DNA from: Eledone cirrhosa
Taxonomy: Eukaryota
Direction: 5' to 3'
DNA: 64,000 nucleotides
Assembly (NCBI GenBank): GCA_964016885.1
Contig: OZ024742.1
Coordinates: 273,482,001 to 273,546,000, forward strand
The translations under genes and the position numbers were made by a program. Below are positions 47,201-59,260 of this stretch, piece by piece (position 1 is the stretch's first letter; every line of letters starts with the position of its first letter). The notes below the pieces were generated by a model. That model made no database searches, had not been told where the DNA came from, and was given only the letters and a program-made list of their open reading frames with translations.

Positions 47201-48376
47201 ATGGCCCGTATGGTGAGATCCAAACCTCTCCGAAAAAGCACAGCAACTCCGCCCCCGCTCTCGAACGGCTGGGAGATGTGCATACATCGTAGCCGCCGAG
47301 GATAGGTACGAAGTCTCGTGTTTCAGAATTTGTTTAGTGATCTTAGATCGTTAAGCAGGTGGCCCTGCTTCCAAGATGACCATAAGCAACGTAAATTTAT
47401 ACTGCCTATTCTAAGTAAGGCCATGTTCGGTGAGGAATAGAGTAAGGGAGAAATGATCACCTACCCTGATCGTGTGGAGAAGGACAGTTGAACCTTCCCT
47501 TTCGCTGGTCATAGGAGTTTCAAAGATTATGTCGTTGTATATCCTTTTGGTAAATGACCCTCTGAAGTTGGGGAATTTTTCTTTTAAATGTTTCTAAAGT
47601 TCTATTTTAATTTCAATAATGCTTATATTTTTCGGGACAGTTCTTGGTGTTGGTGTGGTGTAGTAATTTTTGTCCGTAATGTCTGTGTGCTGCTTTATAT
47701 GTTCTAAGAGTTCTTTATTTACCCAGTTTATGGCTGTGTAATGTTTTTGCGGTGGTTTGGTTTGGTTGCTGTTTTCGTTGATACTGTTGCTATTGTTACT
47801 GTTATTGTGGCTCTTGTCATTAATGTTGTTTTTGTTGATACTCTTCCTACTATTATTGTTCTTGTGGCTGTTGTTATTGTCATTGTTATTTTCGTTCTCG
47901 ACCTGAGCGCTGTTACTTTTGTTGTTGCTGTTGTTATTGATGGTGTTGTTGTTGGTGTTATTGTTGGTGTTAGAAATATTTGGTAATTTTAAATCTGTAA
48001 CAATATCATTAAAAATGATATTGTTCCTCTTTTCTTTCGTAATATTTTCTTTTATATTTACCTTCGCTAGAACGCTGCCTTGTTGATATGTTGACAAAGT
48101 CTCCCTCTTTCGGTGTTGTCTGACAGCGCTCTCTCTCTCTCCCTTTCTTGTGTTATCCATGTTAAAAGAATTGTTTTTTTCTAAATAATATTTTTACATA
48201 ATACGACATCCCGTAAAGGGGTGCCGTATTATTTACGAGTGAACCCCTGTATGAGGTGGGTCACTTCTTCTAAACTTTTATCAAGTTTAAAACTTTAATA
48301 AAAGGTTAAGAACGGTTGAAAACGAGGTAAACTGTTGAAAAAAACTGGAGCCGATGAGAAGCGTAGCTTCACCTAC
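44241..48376 (-). mobile_element. L1/Tx1-type LINE copy A: 5' UTR, internally deleted ORF1, fragmented ORF2 (APE-RT), 3' end missing
   Basis: ORF2 ATG at 47424; GGGVAVLF, LLVGDCN, WKLNAS, AKVLATR, KAFDRVEH, SAYVDD, CPKCAQGEETVLHALVQC. Confidence 0.93.

Positions 48377-48409
<33 letters not shown>
48377..48409. repeat. (AAT)11 tract at the junction of LINE copies B and A
   Basis: Direct reading; follows AATAAA on the minus strand. Confidence 0.97.
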
Positions 48410-48411
<2 letters not shown>

Positions 48412-51400
48412 TTTCTTTATTAACCATGAGGGTTTACACAAAGTAAGACATTAAGGACAATACAGGACTGTAAAAATGGGCATTTCTCCGTGAAAAAAAG
48501 AAAAAAACAGAGGATGTAACACAAAAACAAACAATGAAGACTTCCGAGGGCCATCGTGGAGAAAGCCCATTAAAAAGCCACGGTGACCCTGACCACCAGG
48601 GAAGTGCCCTCTCCCAGTTTTCCACATTCAATTTACAGGCACATAGGCAGAGTTGGTCCATTCACTCGGGCCATTCTTGCTTCTCTCACCCATCTCTCAA
48701 CAAAATACTGGGAAGAGAGCACCTCCTTCGCTTCCCTGATTTTTCTTTTCAAATGAAATTTGAAAAGGTTAATCAGAGCATCCCTCTCGGTTTTCACTTG
48801 ACCCAGGACTGCAGCTCTGTCTAGGAGACGAGCTGGGGAAAGACGCGTCTAGCAAACGGTGACCAAAATTGCTCATCGTCGAGGAAGAGGTGGAGATGGC
48901 GTATCCTGAGCGCGTGTTTGCGTATCATCAGCAACGGCATGCCTAGCCCTCCACGTAGCGGGTGTTGACAGCAGATGGACCGCCTGACCATCGGAGCGCG
49001 TCCCTTCCACAAAAAGCGAAAGAGAAAACGCTCCAGCGCAGTCAGGCGAGGCCTAGGGCGAGGCACGACGGTCAGGCGGTAGTAGATGACGGATGTGATG
49101 TACGCATTCACCACCTCCGCTCGACCTTTCAGGGATAGCTTCGTCACTGCCCATTTCTGGGTGAGAGAAGCCACCCTGCTCGTCACCCAGTTGTTTTGTC
49201 TGGAGGTCCGTATCGAACCAGAGCCCTAGCAATGTAACCGGTCCGTCCGTCCACGCCCGACGACGCTGTTGGACGGCATGGTCCTGTCTCTCTATGTGCC
49301 GAGCTGCAGGCCCACTGACTTTTCCTGGTTGATAATTGCTCCTGTCACCAATGGCTCGAGATTCAATACGTACAACATGGACGAGATGCGACATATTTGG
49401 TGGACCGAGCGCATGATGTTGATTGGTTTCGAAAGGAGACCGTTCATTATCACCACAAAGCAGATGTCTCTGTCCATGGCACAAATCCATTCTCTGAAGA
49501 CGGGCCCAAAGCGAGCCGTCTTCCGGACTGCCGCCTGATAACGATGGTCGACCATATCGAAAGCTTTCGACTGATCTAAACTGACGAAGGACCCTCCCGT
49601 GCCATTATTACCTAGATACCCTCTCCACGATGTATGGCATGAGGTGGGGGTTGTCGTGGATGGATCTGTCTGGAATGGCGCATGTCTGGGCCTCCCCCAC
49701 CAGACCATCACCGACAAGCGCCAACCTCTTTGCTAGCACCTTGGACAAATCTTGAACACTCTGTTTAGCAAGTTATGGGCCTGAAATTATCTATGTTATC
49801 CCCCTTGTTCGGATCCTTTCTCAGCTGCGCCACCGCTCCTCGGCTCACAGAGCTGGGAATTCTCCCATTCTGTTGCCAGTTGCAGTAGACGTCCGCCAAG
49901 AGGCCTTCAAACAAGTATGGCATGTGTTCGTAAAGTTAGTAGGGCAGTCCATACACACCAGGCGATTTAACCCTTGTGCAACCAATCATTGCCTCGCGTA
50001 CTTCAGAGGCTCTTCTCGGCTTTTCGCAACACTCCGCCTCAGTGGCCGAGAGCAGCGGCAGTCCGTCGAGATAGGCACTAAAGTCCATCCCTCGATTCGG
50101 CCCGAACAGCTGAGCGAAGTGTCGCTGAAAAGCTTCGCACATTTTCCCGGGATCGAGTAGCATGCTCCCGTGGTGGTTCACCAAAGACCGCATCGAGACT
50201 TTGTTGCCACGACGCGCCTCTGCAACTCGAGCTTTCGTCCCCTCATGACTGAGAGTACGCACCCTAGCTCTGACAAAGCACCCTTCGTTCTTTGCATTGA
50301 AGCATTGGTCAATTGCCAATTTCGCCGTATGTCAAGGACCAAATTCGCCGGAAGTACGTCGGACGCGATGCCTTTACAAAGAGCCTCGTCTAATTTTCTA
50401 ACTAGTTCTCCCTCTGCTCTATTTTTCTCTATTCGTAAAGCCTTACTAAACCTAATTGACTCTATTCTAATCGCTCTTTTTCAGAGTACACCACTATTTG
50501 CAGTTGACAATGGCCCCCGTCAATGCTCGCTTAACTAGTGCGCTAATCCGGTCTCTGTAAGCCTTGCGCGCTGTTAATTACGCGTTTAGCTTACAGTAGC
50601 CGGGTCCCTGTCTATGAAGCCTATCTAAGTCAACCTCACAGGTCACGAATTTGTGGTCCGTGTAGTCGACTATTATAAAATATGGACAGCCTATGCTAGA
50701 CCTATCTATTTCCCTATAAAATACCCTATCTTGATATGATCTGGATGACCCGATGCGGTTTGTCCATGTCCACATTGGCACATTCGGGAAATCCAGATGG
50801 TCCCTGTCAGACAGTTGAAACCGTCTGAGCAGGTTTGCGAGGGATTACACCCTCCTCCCCAATCAGCTAATCCCACACAGTCCCAGTTCTAAGATCACGT
50901 TCCAGTCGCCCACTAACACTAAAGAGCGGGACGTTCCAAGAAAGGTCTTCAGACGGCGGGAGAAATAAGGCCGCCCTGATCCTGTCGAGGCATAGACGGT
51001 CACTAGCCTGAAAGCGTGCCCGTCTCCGCAGATCACGTACAGCACCACCAACTTACCTTCTTGGTCCAGGAAGATGGCCCGTATGGCGAGATCCTAGCCT
51101 CTCCTAAAAAGCACAGCAACCCCCCCCCCCCCCCCCGCGATCCTGGACGGCTGGGAGATGCGTACACATCGTAGCCGCCGAAGATTGGTGCGAAGGCTCG
51201 TGCTTCGGAGATTCTGGTCTCGCTGAATGACACCACATCTATGTTTAGTGACCTGAGGTCGTTGAGCAGGTGGCCCTGCTTCCATGACGACCCCAGGCCA
51301 CCCGCATTTATTCTGCCTATTCTGTGTGAGGTCATGTTGAAAAGGAGTGGAAAAAGATGTGAAAGACCACTTACCTCCCTTCTCGTGGAGGAAGGATGGT

Positions 51401-51850
51401 TTTTCCGTCCTTCTCACTGCTTGTGGCTTCCTCCAGAAGGATGTCTTTATAAATTCTCATGGAGATTGTTTGTCGGAAGTCTCCGATGTCCTTGGGGAAT
51501 TTTAATTTTAGTGTCGTGTACGTTTCCAGTGTGATGCGACTGATTGGTATTTGTGGAGTTGGTGTGAATTTTTGGAGTGTTGTGTAATCTTTTTCTGTGA
51601 TGCTGGTGTTGTGTTGGATGTACTGTAATAATTGGTTGTTAAAATGTAATGCTGTGTATTGTGTGTCATTTTTGTTGCTTTGTTTTATTTGCGTTTGTTG
51701 TGGGTGTGTTTCTGTTTCGCTTGTGGGTGATTTTTGTGGTGTTGGCAATGCTTGTGTTGGTGTTAATGATGATGATGATGATGTTGGTGTTTGTGGTGAT
51801 GGGACTGGTGATGGTGGTGTGGGTGGTGGCATAGCAGTCTTTTTGTTTGT
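48410..51850 (-). mobile_element. L1/Tx1-type LINE copy B: ORF1 C-terminus, fragmented ORF2, 3' UTR
   Basis: ORF2 start at 51335 (MTSHRIGRINAGGL..SETR), LVGDWN, KSPGVYGLPY, LDQSKAFD, LSLKGRAEV; internal deletions. Confidence 0.92.
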
Positions 51851-52131
51851 GCCTGTAAATTGAAGGTGGGAAACTGGGAGAGGGCACTTGCGCTGGTGGT
51901 CATGTTCACCGTGGCTTTTTTAATGGGCTTTCTCCACGAATGTCCCTCGGAAGCCTCACCCCTATAGGGAATTTTTCACTGTTTCTTTTTTGTTACATCC
52001 TCTATTTTTGTCTTGTTTTTACACGCAGAAATACCTATTTGTACCGTCCTGTATTGTCCTGTAATGTCCTTATTGTCTTGCATTGTGTAAACCATTGTGG
52101 TTAATACAAAAGCATTATTATTATTATTATT
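51848..52131 (+). mobile_element. Isolated Tx1-type LINE 3' UTR plus (ATT)6
   Basis: TGTGCCTGTAAATTGAA..CTGGGAGAGGGCAC.. is the reverse complement of ~48410-48643. Confidence 0.85.
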
Positions 52132-55100
52132 AAATGTCATGGTTGACGGAGGCTCGGCTCTGTAAGGTATTGTAAATTTTAACTGTTATAAAATTGTAAA
52201 TTGTTTAAAACTTGAACCAAATTGTAGATAAAGAAACACTCCTCCCCGTGAGAGGGGTCTTTCTGTCCGTTATTTGGCCCTTCGGGGTTAAATAACCAGT
52301 TATTGGGGATATGTGCCCAATATTCATTTTAAACCGTAAAAGAACATGGCTACAAAAAATAATTTTCACAAGTCACTCCCACTCCTTCTGTCTTCTTCTT
52401 CCCCAATCGTCATTACGTCAGAGAAAAGGTTGTTCTCTCCCTCCTTTCTCTACATGTGGTGTCGCTTCTGTCGCCTCTTTCGCAAGCGACGCCATTAAAG
52501 AAAAAGAAAAATGTAGTTCTCGTAGTGTTCTTCATTCAAGAGAACGCGCGTACCGTGGAGCATTTCTTCACGACGACGACAACAACGAAAGATGTGTGCG
52601 GTAAATACGGAAAGCCATTTCATTTGTATGACGTCATGAAGAATAGCAGCAGCCGTAATAACAGCAGCAGCAGCAACAGTGGCGAGGAAAATACTAGTAG
52701 CAGTCGCAAAAACATCAGCAGCAGCATAAACAACAACAGCAGCAGCAACAACAGCAATAACATCAGCAACAGCAGCAACAGCAACAGCAACAACAACAAC
52801 AACAACAACAACAGCAACAGCGGCGGCGGCGCTCGTAGTACCCACAGCAAAAGCAAAAGTAACAGCAGCTCTGACATCAACAACAAGAAAGAAAAAACAA
52901 TCTCGTTTGCAGGTATGACAGAGAACCTGGAAATCATCCTTATAACAAATGAGGAATTACAGGAAGCAAGTAAGATGGTGACGAAGACCGGACACCGAGC
53001 AATCTGCAACGCAGCCGAAGAATTTTTCGAAACGCGACAGCACTGTACGCTCACGTACCGTACAGTAAGCACAAACTCGCGTAGGGTTTAAAGAGCCACA
53101 GAGCCTCAAATAAAAAAAAAGCCTTAGGGTCTGTGTGGCAGCGGAAAACGCATATCACCCGAGGCAAGAAATATGCCACCGTGGACGTGCTTTTTGCCAC
53201 ACCCCAGGGGGCAAAGGCTCAATCATTAGTGACCCTAAGGAGCGAGCAAATGGTGATGGTGGCCTCCTACTGCAGGCCAAAAATTGTGAGGGTCAAACTG
53301 ACCCAAGTCCCCGTCGGGATGGTCCCTTATTGGCTAGCCGCGTCTGTCCTCGTCGGAATCGAGGACAAAACAACAGTACTGCAAGTACAGAAAAAAGTAC
53401 GCGAAGATTGGATCGGCACCTCCATTGAGATGTTAATTCAAACCAACCAGGAGTGCATCGAATCTATCCCGGATGTGACAGACTTCGATAACGGCACTCA
53501 ACTTCCCACAAGTGTTGAGGGCAAACGCCCGAAATGGTTTCGCTGTGGGTCGAAGACTCACCTCGAGCCTTCTGCAATGAGAAGACCCTGAAAAAGGAGA
53601 AAAGCCCCCTCCTACCGAAATCGGCTCCACTGCTACCAGCAACAGGACAGGCGGCAAGCAGGAAGGATAGGTCCGTGACACCCATACCCACGCCACGGAA
53701 ATCAAGAACAGCACGACGACAGAATACCAGCACCAATCAAAGCACCAACGAACATAAGACTGGTAAGAATATCACAGTAACAATACAAAACCATTAAAAT
53801 GAAATTCCCCAACGCAGTTGGTCATTTTAGAGACCTAGGAGGGACACTCAGCCGGAGAGTATACTCGGATATACTCACAGAAGAGCCGACGACCAGCCGA
53901 AGGGACGATTCAACGGTCCTTTCACCAGACGATCATGGTAAGTGATCCTTTCTCACTTTCCCCGTTCCTCACGCAACATGGCCGTATTCAGGATCGGAAG
54001 TGTAAACATGCGTGGCTTGAACTCGGTTTGGAAGCAGGGTTACATGCTTAACGACCTCAGGTCACTAAACATAGATGTGGTGGCCATCAGCGAAACCAGA
54101 ATCTCCGAAACGCAAGCTTTCGCACCGATCTTCGACGGTTATGAGGTGTACGCATCTCCCAGTCGTCCGGGAGCGGGGGGCGGAGTGTCTGTGTTGTTTC
54201 GGAAAGGCTTGGGTCTCGCCATACGGACCATACTTACCCAGAAGCTAAGTCGGTAGTGCTGGACGTAAGCGGCAGCGAAGGCAACGCTTTCAGGCTAGTA
54301 GCCGTCTATGCCCCGAGAGGGACAGGACGGCCAGATTTCTTCAGACGTCTAGAGACTTTCTGGGAACGTCCCGCACTTTAGTGTTAGTGGGCGACTGGAA
54401 CGGTATCTCGGATGCACGCTGCGATTGTGTGGGGCTAGTGGATAGGGAAGCCTCACAAACCTGCTCAGACATGTTGAACTGTGACAGGTATCGACTGGAT
54501 CACCCGAATGTGCCAATGTGGACATGGACAAACAGCAACGATTCATCCAGATCGTATCTCGATAGGGTATTCTGCAGAGAACTAGATAAGGCTAGTATAA
54601 GTTGTCCACAATTTAAAATAGTTGACTACACAGACTGCACATTTGTGATCTGTGAAATCGACATAGCCAGACTTCATAGACAAGGAGCCGGTTACTGGAA
54701 GCTGAACGCGTCTTTCCCGGATCGCAAAGCCTACAGAGACCGGATAGGCGTATTAGTTAAGCGGGCGTTGACGGGAGCGGTCGTCAACAACAGGTGGTGA
54801 TTCGCCCTGAAAATGGCAATTAAAGTAGTGCCGATTAGGTTTAGCAAAGGACTAGTAATAGAGGAAAATAGAGTAGAGGGACAGCTTGTCAGAAAGCTAG
54901 AAGAGGCGTTTAGGACAGGCACTGCAACCGACGTGCTTGCTACGAGATTGGCACTTGACCAATTCTTCAACGCAAAACACGAAGGCTGCGTTGTCAGAGC
55001 TAGAGCGCGTGATCTGAAACGCGAGGGGACAAAAGCCGTCCAACGGGCCCGGGTGGCAGAGACGTGACGTGGCAACAAAGCCACAATTCGGTCTTTATCT

Positions 55101-57380
55101 GACCAAAACGAGCGCTTGTTGCTCGAACCCCAGCAGATGTGCGAAGCTATTCAGCAGCACTTTGCTGAACTGTTCGGGAGCAGCGGCGGGCCGGATCTGG
55201 ATATGGATTTCAGTGCATACCTCGACGGACTGCCTCAGTTCTCGAAAACCGCAGCACAGTGTTGCGAAAAGCCAATAACAGCCGGTGAAGTACAGGAAGC
55301 GATGGCTAACTGGACGCGGGGTAAATCGCCGGGAATACGAGCTTTATGCATTTATGCCAGACTTGTTCGGTGACCTCTTGGCAGAGGTCTAGTGCAACTG
55401 GCAGCAGAACAGGAGCATTCCCAGCTTTGTGAGCTGGGGAGGGGTGGCGCTTCTGAGAAATGACCCGAAGAAGGATGTTATCGATAACTTCAGGCCCATA
55501 ACCCTGCAATTGCAGAGTTCAAGATTTTGTCCAAGGTATTAGCAACGAGGTTGGCGCTTGTCGTTAAAAGGGTCTGGTGGGAGAGGCGCAGACATGCGCC
55601 ATTCCGCTCAGATCCATACACGACAACCTCCACGTCATGCAATACATGATAGAGAGGTTGGTTAAGGAACCTGGCACGGGTGGAGCCCTGATCAACATGG
55701 ATCAATCCAAAGCATTCGATAGGGTCGACCATCGGAACCTGGCGGCGGTCCTCGAGGCAGCCGGTTTCGGGACCGTTTTCAGGGGTTGCATCGCTCCGAT
55801 GTACAGTGATATCTGCTCAGTTGTCAGGGTAAATGGTCACTTGTCGCAGCCGTTAAGCATCATGCGCTCAGTCCGCCAGTGTTGTCTCCTCTCGTCCCTC
55901 TTCTTCGTATTGTCTCTCGAGCCGTTACTGTACAAACTGGGGGCGATGAGGGGCGTCCCACGCGAACTAGGATGCGGGAAATCCGATTCAGCTTACGCCG
56001 ACGACATCACCGTGGTTGTGTCGATTACCAGACACGTCCAGATGCTCGGCACCGCTCTCAAGGAATACGAAGCGGTGACAGGAGCAAAGATAAACCAGGA
56101 AAAGTCGGTGGGCTTGCAGCTCGGCACCTGGAGAGGCAAGTCCATGCCGTCCGACAGCGTCGTGGGGCGTTGGACGGACGGACCGGTTCAATTGCTCGGG
56201 GTTTGGTTCGGACCGGACCTGCAGATGGAGAAAAACTGGAACGAGGTGACGAGCAAGGTGGCCTTCCTCACCCAGAAATGGGCCGAGAGGAAGCTCTCCC
56301 TGGAAGGCCGGGCGAAGGTGGCGAATGCGTACATCGCATCCGTCATCTGTTACCGCCTCACCGTCGTCCCTTGCCCCGGCCCAACTCTCACCAAAATGGA
56401 GCGCTTCCTCTTCCGCTTTTTGTGGAAGGGACGCGCTCCCATTGTCAGACGATTCATCTGCTCTCAACACCCGTTGCGTGGAGGACTGGGCATGACATGG
56501 CTGATGATGCGCAAACATGCGCTGAGGGTGCGACATCTCTGGTGTTTCCTTGAGGGTGAACAGGTCTGGTCGCCGTTCACCAGGCACGTTTTCCCACAGC
56601 TCGTCTCCTTGGCGGAGCTGCAGTCCTGGGTCAGAAAAAGACCGAGGGTTTACGCTTGGAAACTGGAATGTCTCCAGCGCTCACTGCCCTCTTCCAGCTG
56701 GGCACCATATCGGTGGAACATCCACCACGGCGTCTCTATAGAGGACTAGTGGAGGAAGAGCGACGACGTTCTCGGAGAGATCCTGGGCGTCGAAGAAGAT
56801 CAGCTGTTTGCTCTCTTCCGGAGAACTTTCAGCCCAGGGCCTATAGATATCTTCCAAAAATCCCTGGCCTGGCAGTGTTACCGGGAGCTCTACAGGCACG
56901 AAAGTGCCGTCAGCCGAGCATGTCGGAGATGCGCGCAGACCGATGAAACCGTCGTTCACGCACTCGTTTAGAGCTATGTCGAACAGTTGCTGGCGCGTGT
57001 AGGACTGATCCAGTTATCGACTGAGGCCATTGTGCAGATGGTCACGCCGTCTTCCTTCGAGGAGGAAGGGCAGGCGGTTTTCATGTGCCTGGTGGCCACC
57101 GCGAAAGAGATTGTGTGGTGGATAAGGTTGAAAGGGTTAAAGACTGTCACTTTCCTCCTCGGTGAATCCCTAATTAACTTTTTCAAGTTTCACTTGAAGA
57201 AGAAAATCAGATGGACAGGCAAGTGCTACCTTCTAGAAAGTTTGTTGAAAGGTGGGTGAATGTAGATAGAATGGTCCGAGTGAACGGGACCGCTCTGAAT
57301 ATATGTCTGTAGTTTGAGAAATGGAAATATTGAGAGAGGGCGTTTGCCCTGGTGGTCAGGCTGGCCGTGGTCTTTTGTGT
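52132..57380 (+). mobile_element. L1/Tx1-type LINE copy C: 5' UTR, ORF1, ORF2 (53978-57312, many disruptions), truncated 3' UTR
   Basis: ORF1 VEGKRPKWFRCGSKTHL; ORF2 MAVFRIGSVNMRGL..ISETR, LVGDWN, WKLNAS, DQSKAFDRVDH, SAYADD. Confidence 0.94.
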
Positions 57381-58922
57381 AGATTTCGCCACGTGTAATC
57401 CTCGGAAAAAAGGGATTTTCTTCTTTTTGGGGTTCTTTTTTTTCTATTTTTTCCTGATACAGTTTCCCACTGAAAACAACTGAAACAACACCTCTGATAC
57501 TGTTGTTGCTACAGTTGTTTGTTGCCATTTCTGCTGTTGGTTTTGATGGTTGAGTCCCTGGGGTGGGTAGGAGAGGTGGCCTCAACTTTTTAGCCTGAGA
57601 GCAGAAAGCCTTTATGTGGGTTCCTTCGCCACAAACGACATACCTAAGCCTTCTACCCTCAACGATTACACTGAAGTGGCTGCAGTCATTGAGGTCTATC
57701 ACCTCTGGAATTTCCTCAATGTTTTTATGGTCCACTTGGATCAGGAGCTCCATCCCAGATCCAGACTAGTTCTCCTCCTTTACATTTGTTACCTCAATTA
57801 TGTTCGTTTTGGCCTCGATGTCGGCGAGGACGGCAGCCATTAGCCAGGGAATTTCGATGGCCGGCGGAACGTGGATCACCCTGATCTTCACGAGTCTCTG
57901 ACCACAAAAGCCTGGGACGAGTGTGAAGTCGTCACTTCTTAATGGGACCATAGAGTGCTCTCTGGCTTCCTGTGGGTTTCCAAAGAACACGTCCACGGTT
58001 ACATATTTCTGCCCACGTCTGATGTGGGTTTTGTTTCGCCCACACATGATCCAAAGTTTTTCGTATCAGGGACTCGGATGCCCGTTCCACTCGGCGTGAC
58101 TTTGTGTTTATCGTACGATATGACACGGTGCTTAGGCGCCGATGCTCCATTTTATTAGACGGGATGGGGTGAGGCTGATCCTGTACCCATCTTTTTTACC
58201 ATTGGCTTGGCTTCATTCAATTCATCCTGGCTTACCTGGATTGTTTCGCTTTTCTTGGCTGCTTTTGCAAAAGACACGTTTTGTTTTGCGCTGGTGTTGA
58301 TGTTGTTGTTGTTATTCTGATTGGTGTTATTGCTGTTGTTGTTATTGTTATTTTTGTTATTGTTATTTTTAGTTTCAGTTGTGGTGGTGGTGGTGGTGGT
58401 GGCGTCAGTGGTGTTCGGCGTGGACGAGTCGATTCTGGGTGAATCCATTTCTATGTCACGCGATAATAATTTATTTTTTGTTTCTATTGTCGCTGTGGTG
58501 GTTGTTATTTTGACATTGTGGTGGTGGGGGTGGCGGCTTTAATACCTGCAGTTATTGGTAATGGCGGGAAATCCATGTGTTTATGCGGCAAATCTAAATA
58601 ATTGAGACTGCTGTTAATTATATTTTCAGTGTTGGCAACGGTGGCAAGGTTTACAATGGTGGTGGTTGTGGAGGATGTTAGTCTGTTAAAAACAGATTCG
58701 TCGTCCATGTTTTTTTTTCAAAGAAACATTTTGTTTGATAGATAAAAAGTTTAAATTTTGGACTCAAGGCCCCAATATTATTGAGTATCCTTTGAAGAAA
58801 GCAATATATGTGAACTAAAAAAACTCAACAATAAAAATTTTCCATAACTAGTAATTGGAAACAACTAAAAACAACAAACATTTGTGGAGCTCACGATAAT
58901 AAAATTTCCTACGTAGGTCGCC
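57381..58922 (-). mobile_element. L1/Tx1-type LINE copy D: 5' UTR and N-terminal/central ORF1 only
   Basis: ORFs 58505..58708, 58155..58448, 57766..58047 and 57226..57753 are homologous to copy C ORF1 (KYVTVDV, VEGRR..VCGEGTHIKAFC). Confidence 0.88.

Positions 58923-58982
<60 letters not shown>
58923..58982. repeat. (AAT)20 tract at the junction of LINE copies E and D
   Basis: Direct reading; follows AATAAA on the minus strand. Confidence 0.97.
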
Positions 58983-58984
<2 letters not shown>

Positions 58985-59260
58985 TTTCATTTATTAGCCA
59001 CAAGGGCCGACATGTAGGGGACAATACAAAGACAGGGACAGTGGGGGTTTACAATAAGGTCGAGTAAAAGTGGACAATGGCAAGACTAATTTAACAATGA
59101 AAATATAAAGATGTAAAATAAACTATGCATAAATATAACAAAATAAATTCCCTGATAGGGGGTGGACGACCCTGGGGTGATTCGGGTACCCCACCAATCC
59201 TGAACCACCCTGCGCTTCAAGGGCACCCAGGAGAGCACCCCTCTCCTCAAGTTAGCCAGC

